This document shows, piece after piece, positions 22,848 to 31,361 of a DNA stretch of 63,478 nucleotides. The stretch covers positions 1-63,478 of the IMG/VR virus record IMGVR_UViG_3300049811_000165. The stretch is one strand, 5' to 3'. How positions within the stretch are numbered: position 1 is the first letter of the stretch; every line of letters begins with the position of its first letter. The notes below the pieces were generated by a model. It did not search any database, had not been told where the DNA came from, and saw only the letters and a program-made list of their open reading frames with translations. The translations under genes were made by a program, and so were the position numbers. The DNA is from a virus.

Positions 22848-23197
22848 ACACCTCTGCCACGCACTTCTCTCAGGCCGTAGGCGGCCCTGAGCCGGTCATT
22901 GGCTACGGCGACAGCCAGAACGAAGCCTTCCGTCACGGGTGGAACAACGCCCTGAATTTCGTCTACATCCTTGAGAGCGCCGCCGTGGGCGACTCGATCA
23001 TCGAGGAGCTGGGCATGCGCTTCGGCGAGCCCGAGGAAGGCCACGTGCTCAGCCCGTCCGACTTCGAGGCGCTGCGCGACATCAACAAGCGCCTGTTCGG
23101 AGACGGGTCGCACCTCACCCCCGACCAGCGTCGGGATCTTGCCAACCGCATGCACGTGCTGCTGCTGCGTGCCAGGAACATCTCGGAGGGGTCATGA
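22844..23197 (+). CDS. Hypothetical early protein (117 aa)
   Basis: Start moved to the ATG at 22844, which forms an ATGA overlap. Confidence 0.6.
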   Translation: MNTSATHFSQAVGGPEPVIGYGDSQNEAFRHGWNNALNFVYILESAAVGDSIIEELGMRFGEPEEGHVLSPSDFEALRDINKRLFGDGSHLTPDQRRDLANRMHVLLLRARNISEGS

Positions 23198-23454
23198 GCG
23201 TCCAGACCATCTACCGCGTCGAGTACGAACTCCGCGCGAGCCCGGCGATGGAAGACATCACGGAGAAGACCGAAGACTTGCTCACCGAGCTGCACGGGCT
23301 CGCGATCGGATCCATCACCTGCGATTCGTTCGACGGCAACGCGGCCTTCCACCCGCAGATCCGCGCCGACTTCGACTCGCTTGACAAGGCCAGCCTCTGC
23401 GACGCATCGTGGATGGACGCCATCAACCGCAGCGGCTTTGTGTGGGAGGAGTGA
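23194..23454 (+). CDS. Hypothetical acidic early protein (86 aa)
   Basis: Track ORF with an ATGA overlap and a GGAGGGG SD. Confidence 0.6.
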   Translation: MSVQTIYRVEYELRASPAMEDITEKTEDLLTELHGLAIGSITCDSFDGNAAFHPQIRADFDSLDKASLCDASWMDAINRSGFVWEE

Positions 23455-23783
23455 TGAACATCACCCAAGAACACCTGACCTACTGGCGCGAGCGCAAGAG
23501 CACGCCACGCTGGGCGTCTGCCCTGCCGGCCTCGCGCCTCAATCCCGAGCCCGCCGGCCCGAGGGTGTCGATCGATCGGATCGTCAACCTCAACGCCAAG
23601 CTGGGGGCCAAGCGGTGCGCGTCGAATAACACGATCTACCTGCTTCGACTGGCGCGCCAGAATGGCGACCTGCTCGGCTGTATCGAGCGGTGCTCGTACA
23701 ACGCGAACGGCAACCACCCGCGCCGCGCGGCGTGGTGCAAGAAGTGGCTCAAGAGGCTCGGACAACAACGGAGGACAGCATGA
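23454..23783 (+). CDS. Hypothetical early protein (109 aa)
   Basis: Start moved to the ATG at 23454, which forms a TGATG overlap. Confidence 0.55.
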   Translation: MNITQEHLTYWRERKSTPRWASALPASRLNPEPAGPRVSIDRIVNLNAKLGAKRCASNNTIYLLRLARQNGDLLGCIERCSYNANGNHPRRAAWCKKWLKRLGQQRRTA

Positions 23784-24163
23784 AGATCAAGACGAGTGAA
23801 CTGAGCGGCCCCGCGCTGCGCTACGCCGTGGCCCTGGTGCTTGGCCGCTGGATGAACAGCCCCCCAGGGGCCGCCAGCTACATCTACTCGGTGGGCAAGT
23901 CCCTGTACACGACCGATGAGCACGGCGACCACCAAGAGTGGGAGCCCGACAAGAGCTGGGCGCAAGGCGGGCCGATCATCGAGCGGGAGTTCATCTGCGC
24001 AGACCGATTGATGAATGGGTGCTGGCTCGCAGCGAAGCGCAACGATGAAGGCGACAGCCTTCTCTGCGCGCAACATGGCCCCACCCCCCTCATCGCAGCC
24101 ATGCGCTGCTACGTCTCCTCAAGGCTGGGCGACGAAGTGGACGTACCGGAGGAGCTGCTGTGA
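23780..24163 (+). CDS. NinX-like protein (DUF2591-type)
   Basis: The N-terminus MKIKTSELSGPALRYAVALVLG resembles the DUF2591/NinX signature (MK...eL.G..LD.AVA.A.G). The start at 23780 forms an ATGA overlap. Confidence 0.5.
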   Translation: MKIKTSELSGPALRYAVALVLGRWMNSPPGAASYIYSVGKSLYTTDEHGDHQEWEPDKSWAQGGPIIEREFICADRLMNGCWLAAKRNDEGDSLLCAQHGPTPLIAAMRCYVSSRLGDEVDVPEELL

Positions 24164-24351
24164 CCGCCGCCCCGTTCTTCCTGCGCGAGCTGATGGCCCG
24201 CTGCAACATCCGCCAGCCCTACGTCTTGACGCCCGACGCAGACTCGGGCTACTGTCTGGATGCGGTCGAAGTCATCCCCCTGGGTAGCATGACCCGCTTC
24301 GATCCGTTCCGCGAAGTCATCATGAACACCGGATTGAGGAGTTCGCTGTGA
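24160..24351 (+). CDS. Hypothetical early protein (63 aa)
   Basis: Track ORF with a GTG start overlapping the upstream stop. Confidence 0.5.
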   Translation: MTAAPFFLRELMARCNIRQPYVLTPDADSGYCLDAVEVIPLGSMTRFDPFREVIMNTGLRSSL

Positions 24352-24617
24352 CCACCTACATCACCACCCACATCAGCACCGAGCACAAGCCCGAGCACAC
24401 CGTGCAACGGTTCACCATCGCGGCGGTGCCCTCGGCCCGCCACAAGGTCGGCGCGACCGGCTACTACACCGCGACGGTCGTGCGCCGCGCGGACGGCAGC
24501 AAGCGCACCACGATCACCAGCGTCGCCACCGGCAACGAGATCACCGAGCGCCACACGCGCCTCTATCCCGCGCTCAAGCGCGCCATACAGCGCCACGACG
24601 CATGGGTCGCCATCTGA
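24348..24617 (+). CDS. Hypothetical early protein (89 aa)
   Basis: Track ORF with a GTG start overlapping the upstream stop. Confidence 0.5.
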   Translation: MTTYITTHISTEHKPEHTVQRFTIAAVPSARHKVGATGYYTATVVRRADGSKRTTITSVATGNEITERHTRLYPALKRAIQRHDAWVAI

Positions 24618-24628
24618 GGAGGAACACC

Positions 24629-24787
24629 ATGAACGGAACCACCGCCCGCGATCTTGGCCCAGCCGAGGATCGCGACCGCATCGAACGCGCCGACGAAGAG
24701 TCGGAGCGCGTGGCGCGCCAGCGCCGATACGACAAGCTCGATCGTGACGAAGACCGCTACGATCGCGAACGCTACGAAGACATCTAG
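24629..24787 (+). CDS. Hypothetical highly charged Arg/Asp/Glu-rich protein (52 aa)
   Basis: Start moved to the ATG at 24629, after GAGGAGG. Confidence 0.5.
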   Translation: MNGTTARDLGPAEDRDRIERADEESERVARQRRYDKLDRDEDRYDRERYEDI

Positions 24788-24796
24788 GAGGACAGC

Positions 24797-25204
24797 ATGA
24801 AACTCGGAAGCGAAACCGGCAGCCTGATCAACCACCTCACGTCCCGCGCGACACTCGGCCAGCCCGAGCCCGAGCTGGGCATGGGGATCACCTTCCTGTC
24901 CTGGACCGACCGCCACGCCGGCACGATCCACGACATCCGCACGAAGAACGGCAGGGTGTTCGAGTTCGACGCCTCCTACGACAAGGCGGTCCGCACGGAC
25001 GGCAACGGGATGAGCGAGAGCCAGTCCTACGACTTCACGCCCCGCCCCGAGGCGCCCCGCACGACCTACCGCCGAGACCGCAGCGGCCAGTGGCGGAAGA
25101 TGGGCACCAAGTACGTCGGCGAGCGCGAGGTCTACGGCTTCGTCGACAAGAGCCAGAGCGTCCGCCTCGGCGAGCGCGACCAGTACCACGACTTCAGCTT
25201 CTAG
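24797..25204 (+). CDS. Hypothetical early protein (135 aa)
   Basis: Track ORF with an AGGAGG SD. Confidence 0.65.
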   Translation: MKLGSETGSLINHLTSRATLGQPEPELGMGITFLSWTDRHAGTIHDIRTKNGRVFEFDASYDKAVRTDGNGMSESQSYDFTPRPEAPRTTYRRDRSGQWRKMGTKYVGEREVYGFVDKSQSVRLGERDQYHDFSF

Positions 25205-25213
25205 GAGGAAGCG

Positions 25214-25276
25214 ATGACACCCGAGCAACGTGACCGCATCGACGCGCAACATGCCAAGCGCGAGGTGGCGCGATGA
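25214..25276 (+). CDS. Possible mini-ORF (20 aa)
   Basis: An AGGAGG SD at 25204-25209 is followed by the ATG at 25214. Sequence is MTPEQRDRIDAQHAKREVAR*. Its stop overlaps the next ATG (ATGA). It is below the track threshold. Confidence 0.35.
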   Translation: MTPEQRDRIDAQHAKREVAR

Positions 25277-25425
25277 GCCGCCCCATCCAGCACATCGACA
25301 CCGCCCTGTACCTGCGCGACCAATTCGGGCGCAAGGGCACCCGCACCGCCGCCGGCTACCTGCGCAATCGCGGGTGGTCGATCGAGTCGGCCCTCTGGAT
25401 CCTCTGCCACGCGGAGGCGCGATGA
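25273..25425 (+). CDS. Hypothetical protein (50 aa; absent from the ORF track)
   Basis: Hand translation gives MSRPIQHIDTALYLRDQFGRKGTRTAAGYLRNRGWSIESALWILCHAEAR*. There are ATGA overlaps at both ends. It replaces the Arg/Pro/His-rich N-terminus of track ORF 25230..25661. Confidence 0.5.
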   Translation: MSRPIQHIDTALYLRDQFGRKGTRTAAGYLRNRGWSIESALWILCHAEAR

Positions 25426-25661
25426 AACGCTACGAGCGCGTGGTCCACGTCGGCATGGAGGTCGAGAAGCAGATCGTGATCGTCGACGGCACCAGCTCCG
25501 TCCGCGACACGTACCGGCTGGCAAGCGACAAGGTCCGATGGGAGCACAGCGGCTCCCGCAAGATCAGCGAAGGCGAGGCGCTGAGCCTCCTCGCCAACCG
25601 ACGGTCGAAGGGCTACCGTCTAGTCCTCGACATCCCGATCGAGGAAGGAGAAGCGAGATGA
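25422..25661 (+). CDS. Hypothetical early protein (79 aa)
   Basis: Start moved to the ATG at 25422 (ATGA overlap). Sequence is MKRYERVVHVGMEVEKQIVIVDG... Confidence 0.55.
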   Translation: MKRYERVVHVGMEVEKQIVIVDGTSSVRDTYRLASDKVRWEHSGSRKISEGEALSLLANRRSKGYRLVLDIPIEEGEAR

Positions 25662-25834
25662 CGTACAGCATGAAGGCTGTCGAGTGGAACGAAGGCTTCA
25701 AGGCGGGCCGTGCCGGCTTCAGCCACGAAGAGAACCCGTACTTCAACGGCGGCGAGCAAACCGCGCAGTCCCGACTCTGGTCGGACGGCTACTGGTACGC
25801 GCGCCGCGACATCAACGGTGAGACCGAGGAGTAG
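25658..25834 (+). CDS. Rmf/CrpP-like small protein
   Basis: 58 aa from the ATG at 25658. WNEGFKAGRAGFSHEENPYFNGGEQTAQSRLWSDGYWYAR matches the Rmf pattern GY.AG..G....CPY......W..GW as I recall it. Confidence 0.5.
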   Translation: MTYSMKAVEWNEGFKAGRAGFSHEENPYFNGGEQTAQSRLWSDGYWYARRDINGETEE

Positions 25835-25837
25835 ACC

Positions 25838-26038
25838 ATGAGAGACCTGAACGAGATCAAGCGCGCCGACGACGCGGCCATCGCAGTGTGGGCCGCCAAC
25901 AAGACCCGCCAGGAGCGCGTGACCGCCGCCGCGCACCGCGTCGTCAACGCGGTGATGCGCGAAGAGCAGGAGAAGGCCATCCGTGAGCTGCGCGATGCGC
26001 TCTACGGCGTCAACGAACCCGTCGGCGTGCCGGCGTAG
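25838..26038 (+). CDS. Hypothetical early protein (66 aa)
   Basis: Track ORF with a GAGGAG SD. Confidence 0.6.
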   Translation: MRDLNEIKRADDAAIAVWAANKTRQERVTAAAHRVVNAVMREEQEKAIRELRDALYGVNEPVGVPA

Positions 26039-26056
26039 CGGTCCAAGGAGGACACC

Positions 26057-26278
26057 ATGAACAAGAGCCAAGACCCCCACTGGAACACCCCCGGACGGGC
26101 CAGTGTGAAGGCGTGCTTCACCCAGCAGGAGCGGGCCGATGCGTCCGACAAGCTGCGCGCGCAGGGCTTCAAGCGGCTGTACTACTTCGAGACCCCGAGC
26201 GGCATGTTCTGCGTCGAGGGCCTGAATGACGGCGAGCAGCGCGTCGAGGTCAAGGACGAGGAGGAGTTCCTGCTGTGA
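26057..26278 (+). CDS. Hypothetical early protein (73 aa)
   Basis: Track ORF with an AAGGAGG SD. Confidence 0.65.
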   Translation: MNKSQDPHWNTPGRASVKACFTQQERADASDKLRAQGFKRLYYFETPSGMFCVEGLNDGEQRVEVKDEEEFLL

Positions 26279-26517
26279 GAGCGATCCGCCGCGCCATGCA
26301 GGCCGTCGACTCCTGCGCCGACAAGCTCAAGCGGGCGCACCAGCGCACCGACTACATGGAGCGCCAGTGCGTCACGGTGGGCCACGCTGAAGCCCGCCTG
26401 CGCCAGGAAGAGTCGGCGCGGGTGTTCAAGGCCCTGGGCCTGATCCATCAAGCCCAGGCCATTCTCAACGCGCCGATCCCCGAGATGATCGCGCGCGAAC
26501 TACGAGGTGAGTCATGA
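26275..26517 (+). CDS. Hypothetical early protein (80 aa)
   Basis: Track ORF with a GTG start overlapping the upstream stop (GTGA). Confidence 0.55.
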   Translation: MRAIRRAMQAVDSCADKLKRAHQRTDYMERQCVTVGHAEARLRQEESARVFKALGLIHQAQAILNAPIPEMIARELRGES

Positions 26518-26696
26518 GTCTCGAACGTGCAATCCAGTACGGCAAGGAGCACCGCAAGCAGTACAACGACAGCCGCCGCTTCGACTACTCCTGCCGCCAC
26601 GGCGGGGCGTGCGACCGCTGCCGGCGCGACCGCACCTTCACCCGCCTGCGCGATGAGGCGCGGGCGCGCGACGAGCTGAAGGAGGCCGGGCTATGA
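26514..26696 (+). CDS. Hypothetical Cys-containing basic protein (60 aa)
   Basis: Track ORF with an ATGA overlap. It contains the cluster CRHGGACDRC. Confidence 0.55.
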   Translation: MSLERAIQYGKEHRKQYNDSRRFDYSCRHGGACDRCRRDRTFTRLRDEARARDELKEAGL

Positions 26697-26995
26697 GCAA
26701 GATCGTGCTGAAGTACGACCTGCCGAAGCGGTCGAACAAAGCGATGATTCACGTCGCCAAGGGCGCCGAGGCCCTGCACGTCGGCGTGCAGCGCGGCGGG
26801 GCCGGCTACGACGAGCCGAAGCTCTGGGTGTCCGTCGACGCGGACGCCTTCGAGCAGCGCGAGCACTGCTGGTTCGAGGTGGTCGCCATCTACACCGGGG
26901 CGCTCACCCCGCCGGACCTGCCGTACCTGGGCACGGCGATCCTGGCGGGTGGCGCCACCGTCCTGCACTACTTCGGGCGCGTCGTCCCGGGGTGA
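26693..26995 (+). CDS. Hypothetical early protein (100 aa)
   Basis: Track ORF with an ATGA overlap. Its 3' end overlaps the convergent gene 26968..27597 by 28 bp. Confidence 0.6.
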   Translation: MSKIVLKYDLPKRSNKAMIHVAKGAEALHVGVQRGGAGYDEPKLWVSVDADAFEQREHCWFEVVAIYTGALTPPDLPYLGTAILAGGATVLHYFGRVVPG

Positions 26996-27597
26996 ATCGC
27001 ATCACCGACGGCCTTGCTCAGGTCGACGGCCATCTGACGGCTGCCAGGACTGGACCCGAAGAAGAAGCCGTTGGCCTGGGCGGCGTTGGCCATCACCCAC
27101 TGCACCGACCCGCCCACGACTGACCCGATAGCAGCGGCCAGCGCCGGGTCGATCGTCAGCTTGGTCCCTCCCAGCAGCGCGAAGCATCCCCACAGCACTG
27201 CTCCCACGACCGCGTAGGACAACAGGTTGATCCCGATGCCCAGCCGGAGCACGCCATCGTTATGCGCGTGTGTCTGGCGGGCGTGCGCGGTGTCGCCTAT
27301 GTACGCCTTCTCCCCTTCCAGCGCGATCTCCCTCTCCCGCAGTCCCGCCTTGATCATCTCCTTCTTCAGCTCTGTCTCGGCTTGAAGGATGGCCACCCGG
27401 TCCTCGGGCGTCATGCCGGCCGACAGCTTCTCCGCGATGGCGCGCTCGTCGCCCTCCTGCGAGCCAGTCGAGCCCCCGAGCAGGGCCTCGGCCAGGACTT
27501 TCGCCACGCCCCCCGCCAGCGGCCCGCCCAGCAGCGTCGCCAGCCCAGGCGCCACGGAGCGCACCGCCCCCTTCCAGTCGAACTCCTTCAGGTCCAT
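26968..27597 (-). CDS. Membrane protein with C-terminal hydrophobic helices; holin-like candidate
   Basis: 209 aa. It has a Gly/Ala-rich amphipathic N-terminus, a charged coiled segment, then LGIGINLLSYAVVGAVLWGCFALLGG and AAAIGSVVGGSVQWVMANAAQANGFFFG. It loosely resembles GTA-type 3-TM holins but lacks their GWRP motif. Confidence 0.35.
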   Translation of the reverse strand: MDLKEFDWKGAVRSVAPGLATLLGGPLAGGVAKVLAEALLGGSTGSQEGDERAIAEKLSAGMTPEDRVAILQAETELKKEMIKAGLREREIALEGEKAYIGDTAHARQTHAHNDGVLRLGIGINLLSYAVVGAVLWGCFALLGGTKLTIDPALAAAIGSVVGGSVQWVMANAAQANGFFFGSSPGSRQMAVDLSKAVGDAIHPGTTRPK

Positions 27598-27606
27598 AGC
27601 CTTCTC

Positions 27607-28869
27607 CTATTGACGAACAGAGACCCATTCACGGGTCGGGACAGCGGCCTTCTTCCGTTCGAGGTGGACCTCCATGCGGAAGGTGATCCCCTCGGTCGGG
27701 TGGGTGATCCACAGTGCCTGCTGCGGGATCTCGAACCCGAAGTTGTTCGAGGCCGCGAACTCGTCGTAGCCTTTCAGGCTGCCGTTCACGATGGTGCGGT
27801 TGCCCATGTGGAGCTGGTGCCAGTGCCCGATCATCATGGTGTCGAACTCCATGTCGATCTGGGCGTTGCGGGCGCGCTTCTTCATGTCGCCGCGCGTGAC
27901 CGGCCCGAGCATCCCGATCATGCCGTCGCCGCCCCGGAACTGGTCGCCGTGGGTGAGCAGGTAGCGGTGCGAGTAGACGGCGAAGAGCGCATCCGACCCG
28001 TCGGGGATCTGGAAGCTGACGCGCTTGTCGTCGGCGAAGGTCTTGGCGAGGATCTGGTAGATCAGCCAGTCGAAGTTGTCGTAGACCCGGTCCTTGGCGC
28101 GCGGCTTCTTGTGGTTGCGGCCGTGGTTGCCGGTGACGCACGGCACGTGGACGCGGCCGAAGCGATCAGCCAGGGTGGCGATGCACCAGCGCAGCACGCC
28201 GATCAGGTCGACCACGATCGGCATGATGGGCCGCTCGTTGGTGATCTCCAGCTCGTCGTGGATCGAGCCCGACACCATGTCGCCGCCCAGGGCGAACACG
28301 ATCCCGTCGTACTTCGGCTTCGCGATGTGCCCGAAGCACAGCTCGATGGTGCGCTCGACCAGCCGGCGCGCGCGCTCGTGGCCGATCTCCAGGTTGAACT
28401 CGTTGACCCCGTTGATCTGGGCCGGGTCGACCGTCTCACCCCAGTGCCAGTCGGATGCGAACAGGATCGGCACCCCGGTGACGCCGGCCGACGCGCCGGG
28501 CGCGCGCACCAGCCACTGCGGCGGGTCGATCGTGGCCTTGGTCAGCCCGATGATCTTGGACTTCACGTACTCCTCGTCCAGGCTCGGAACCTGCTGAGCC
28601 CGTAGGAGCTTCGCGCGCAGCTCGACGACCTGTTCCTCCAGGGAGGTGCCGATCGCGGCTCCTGGGGCTTCCTGGCGGGCCTGGGGGGCATTCCCGTCCA
28701 CGGTGATCTCCCCGGATTGCAGCATGCGGGCCGCCGCTTGCAGCCGACCTTGCAAAGTCGGACGCGGGATGTTCAGCAGGCGCGCCGCCGCAGACTCGTT
28801 GCCGGCCGACCGCAGCGCCGCCAGCGCCTCGATCGCGCGCTCCTTGCTCAGACTCGTGTTCGCCATCAC
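27607..28869 (-). CDS. Calcineurin-like metallophosphoesterase with an N-terminal HTH
   Basis: 420 aa. Phosphoesterase motifs run in order: ASDWHWGE, GGDMVSG, TGNHG, LTHGDQ, IGHWH. The N-terminus has a Fis-like HTH (AARLLNIPRPTLQGRL). Confidence 0.7.
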   Translation of the reverse strand: MMANTSLSKERAIEALAALRSAGNESAAARLLNIPRPTLQGRLQAAARMLQSGEITVDGNAPQARQEAPGAAIGTSLEEQVVELRAKLLRAQQVPSLDEEYVKSKIIGLTKATIDPPQWLVRAPGASAGVTGVPILFASDWHWGETVDPAQINGVNEFNLEIGHERARRLVERTIELCFGHIAKPKYDGIVFALGGDMVSGSIHDELEITNERPIMPIVVDLIGVLRWCIATLADRFGRVHVPCVTGNHGRNHKKPRAKDRVYDNFDWLIYQILAKTFADDKRVSFQIPDGSDALFAVYSHRYLLTHGDQFRGGDGMIGMLGPVTRGDMKKRARNAQIDMEFDTMMIGHWHQLHMGNRTIVNGSLKGYDEFAASNNFGFEIPQQALWITHPTEGITFRMEVHLERKKAAVPTREWVSVRQ

Positions 28870-29300
28870 TCCCCCTTCTGGTTGGCCCGTAGGGCTGCGT
28901 TCTCGCCCTCAAGGGCGCGGATCTTGCTGGACATCTCGGACAGCAGTTGCTCGAACACGGTGATCACCGCGTGCTCCTCGCCCGTGACCTTGTCGTCGTA
29001 CTTCTTGGCCTGGAGCGCGGCGTCGATCAAGGGACTGAGCACCACGTGCATCAGCTCGTGGATCACCGCCTCTTCCACCTCGGCCGGGCCGGGCTCGTCG
29101 CCCCAGCTCTTGCCGATCTCGTAGCGCACGAGCCGGTGCTCGGGGTAGATCGAGACGTTGGCGATATCCCCCGACGGCCGGCGCCGGCCCTTGACGAAGC
29201 GCCAGCTCTTCAGGTGCAGGCGGCTGCGCCACTCGGCCAGCAGCTCGCGGAAGCGGGCCACGTCGGCGTCGGTGATCGGGTGGATGATCTCTTTCTTCAC
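28866..29300 (-). CDS. Putative zinc metallopeptidase (HExxH)
   Basis: 144 aa, containing EEAVIHELMHVVLSPL (HELMH). The GTG start overlaps the upstream stop. Confidence 0.45.
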   Translation of the reverse strand: MKKEIIHPITDADVARFRELLAEWRSRLHLKSWRFVKGRRRPSGDIANVSIYPEHRLVRYEIGKSWGDEPGPAEVEEAVIHELMHVVLSPLIDAALQAKKYDDKVTGEEHAVITVFEQLLSEMSSKIRALEGENAALRANQKGE

Positions 29301-29995
29301 GTGTCACCTAGCTGGGTGTAGGGCGGAAGCGACTTGCCCTCGAACTGGTCTGCCAGGGCCGCCGTCCGCGCGTTCAGGTCGTCCATGAAGGGCACCGAAG
29401 CCGGCGGGCGATCGTCATGGAACTTGCCCTGGATCATCGCGTCACGCAGCACCGTGAGCGAGGTGAGCGCCTTGGTGATGTGCGACAGGCCGCTTCCCGG
29501 GTCGATGTCTTCGCCCTCCCACCACGAGAACAGGTGGCGCATCGCCGCGTCGTAGTAGACCGAGGCGCGCACGCCGATGGCGCGGTAGTTGTGGCGTCGG
29601 TACTTGTGGGCGCCTTCCTGCATGGCCACACCCATCTCCAGGAGCACGGTCGCCGGCACACACGACATTGGCGCCTTGCGGACACCGATCGAGTCCTTGG
29701 GGTTGGATTCCTTGATCGAGGCGGCAGTGGCTGGCGGCTCCTTGACCAGCTTCTCCACGTCGCCAAGGGTAACCTTGGTGCCAGGAGCGCCCACTGTGTC
29801 GTAGCGGAATCTGGGGGCGCTGGCCCAGACCCCATGCCGCCACGTCAGGTCCGTGACGTGGCGCACGCGGACATATGTCGTTTTCTTGTCCAATTCGTAG
29901 ATGATGTAACGGTCGCCGGCCACCAGCCCGGAATGGCCCTGGCTGTCGACGCAGATCACCGTGTCGCCCACCTTGAAGTCGTCGAAGGTTTTCAC
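29297..29995 (-). CDS. SH3-like N-terminal domain fused to a dATP/dGTP pyrophosphohydrolase-N (DUF5664-like) domain
   Basis: The C-terminal half is NPKDSIGVRKAPMSCVPATVLLEMGVAMQEGAHKYRRHNYRAIGVRASVYYDAAMRHLFSWWEGEDIDPGSGLSHITKAL. This matches the pattern NPKD..G..K....P......GA.KY...NwR......Y.dA..RH...W..GED.D..SGl.H. Confidence 0.55.
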   Translation of the reverse strand: MKTFDDFKVGDTVICVDSQGHSGLVAGDRYIIYELDKKTTYVRVRHVTDLTWRHGVWASAPRFRYDTVGAPGTKVTLGDVEKLVKEPPATAASIKESNPKDSIGVRKAPMSCVPATVLLEMGVAMQEGAHKYRRHNYRAIGVRASVYYDAAMRHLFSWWEGEDIDPGSGLSHITKALTSLTVLRDAMIQGKFHDDRPPASVPFMDDLNARTAALADQFEGKSLPPYTQLGDT

Positions 29996-30339
29996 GGCGC
30001 CACCCCCAGGTCTTGCGGGAACAGATACTCGACGGGGATCGCGCGCGCCTTGCAGAACTCGATCTCCGCCTGGACACCCTTCGACTCCTTCCAGCCGTTG
30101 ATCAGGAGCACGAGCATCTGGTCGCAGTGCCGAAGGATCGCGAAGTCCTGCTCCAGCCAGAAGTCATGGTCGACGGAGCTGCCAATGAGCTGCCCGATGC
30201 GGTGCGAGTGGGCGATGGGAGCGAAGACCTTGTGGCCACACTTCATCAGGACGCCAGCGGCGGCGCACGCCAGCTCGTAGCGGTGGTGCATCACGTCAGG
30301 ATCGGGGTGCGAATACGGACTTGCCAGATAGGTAAGCAT
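29992..30339 (-). CDS. DUF1937-type protein (nucleoside 2-deoxyribosyltransferase-like fold)
   Basis: Start moved to the ATG at 30339, which has an AGGAGG SD. MLTYLASPYSHPDPDVMHHRYELACAAAGVLMKCGHKVFAPIAHSH matches the DUF1937 signature YLASPYSH...R......L...G....SPI.HSH. Confidence 0.55.
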   Translation of the reverse strand: MLTYLASPYSHPDPDVMHHRYELACAAAGVLMKCGHKVFAPIAHSHRIGQLIGSSVDHDFWLEQDFAILRHCDQMLVLLINGWKESKGVQAEIEFCKARAIPVEYLFPQDLGVAP

Positions 30340-30379
30340 TGGGCGCCTCCTTGCGCTCGGGGTGAAGCGATGCTTGCTG

Positions 30380-30769
30380 TTACGGGTACTGCTTGCGGTC
30401 CAGCTCGAAGTGGGGTCCATCCTTGAACGTGCGCCAGTCACCTCCCCAGGTGATCTTGACGCCAAGGTCCGACGCCGCCGCCTTCACGATGTCGGCCAGC
30501 TTCTTGTAGAGCGGCCAGTCCCACCGCACATCACCCCAGACCGTGACCGCGAGGTCGACGGCGTGGCCGGTGAGGTGCCGGCTGTTCATGGTCCGCGTAG
30601 CGCCGGCCTCGAACAACTCCTTCTGCCGCACCGGAGACCGCAGCCCCTCGGTCACGATGAACCCGATGCCCTCGGTCATGTCGATCCTGTCGGCCGCCGC
30701 GTAGATGACGCGCCCGAGGTCGGGATGCACCCCGTACATGGCCTTCTGCGAGCGTTCAGAGAGGATCAT
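30380..30769 (-). CDS. Endolysin, peptidase M15 (L-alanyl-D-glutamate / VanY-type)
   Basis: 129 aa. The zinc ligand pattern is SRHLTGHAVDL ... DGPHFE (H..D...H). Its size is typical, and a holin-like gene lies upstream with an ATGA overlap. Confidence 0.75.
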   Translation of the reverse strand: MILSERSQKAMYGVHPDLGRVIYAAADRIDMTEGIGFIVTEGLRSPVRQKELFEAGATRTMNSRHLTGHAVDLAVTVWGDVRWDWPLYKKLADIVKAAASDLGVKITWGGDWRTFKDGPHFELDRKQYP

Positions 30770-31038
30770 GGCTTGAACACGATCCAGCCCTTCGCCATGC
30801 CGAAGCCGACAACGAAGAGCCCGACCCAGACGAAGAAGCGGGTGACGACTGAGCGACCGACCTGCCGGTAGAACTCGTTGCTCACCTCTTTCACCGCGAG
30901 CTTGGCGGCGATCTTCGCGATCGTCATCTCGCGCTCGGTCAACTTGATCTCGTGACCGACGACGTGATCGTGGTGGCCCTCGGTCACCTCCTGGATGTCG
31001 GACATTCTTGGCTCCCTTTCGCTGCTGTAACCGCTCAT
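30766..31038 (-). CDS. Holin-like small membrane protein
   Basis: 90 aa with a single C-terminal TM (VVTRFFVWVGLFVVGFGMAKGWIVF) and a charged N-terminus. It sits immediately upstream of the endolysin and has a GGAGGTGA SD. Confidence 0.5.
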   Translation of the reverse strand: MSGYSSEREPRMSDIQEVTEGHHDHVVGHEIKLTEREMTIAKIAAKLAVKEVSNEFYRQVGRSVVTRFFVWVGLFVVGFGMAKGWIVFKP

Positions 31039-31070
31039 CTCACCTCCGCGCGGAGCATACTATGCCCACT

Positions 31071-31361
31071 TTAGGTTGGAAACCAGTAGGTCTTGACCGG
31101 CATGGCCTCGTCCACTGTGTCACCCGTAGCATACACGAACGCCCCCCCGTTGGGTTGACCGCTCGGCCGGCGAAGCACGTGGCCGTAGCGTTCGAGGTTC
31201 GAGAGGCGCCGGCTGTAGTCCTTGGCGATCTCGGTCAGGGCATCACCCCCAACGGTAGGGTTTGCTCTGGTGGCGAGTTCTCGACAGGTCACCCACTCGC
31301 CCTTCTGGACATGGCGGCGCATCAGGCCGATGAAGCTGGGCTTCCTCCGCTTGGGCTTCAC
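31071..31361 (-). CDS. Putative winged-helix DNA-binding protein
   Basis: 96 aa with a basic N-terminus (KPKRRKPS). GEWVTCRELATRAN...SRRLSNLERYGHVLRR is a wHTH-like arrangement. Confidence 0.4.
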   Translation of the reverse strand: MKPKRRKPSFIGLMRRHVQKGEWVTCRELATRANPTVGGDALTEIAKDYSRRLSNLERYGHVLRRPSGQPNGGAFVYATGDTVDEAMPVKTYWFPT

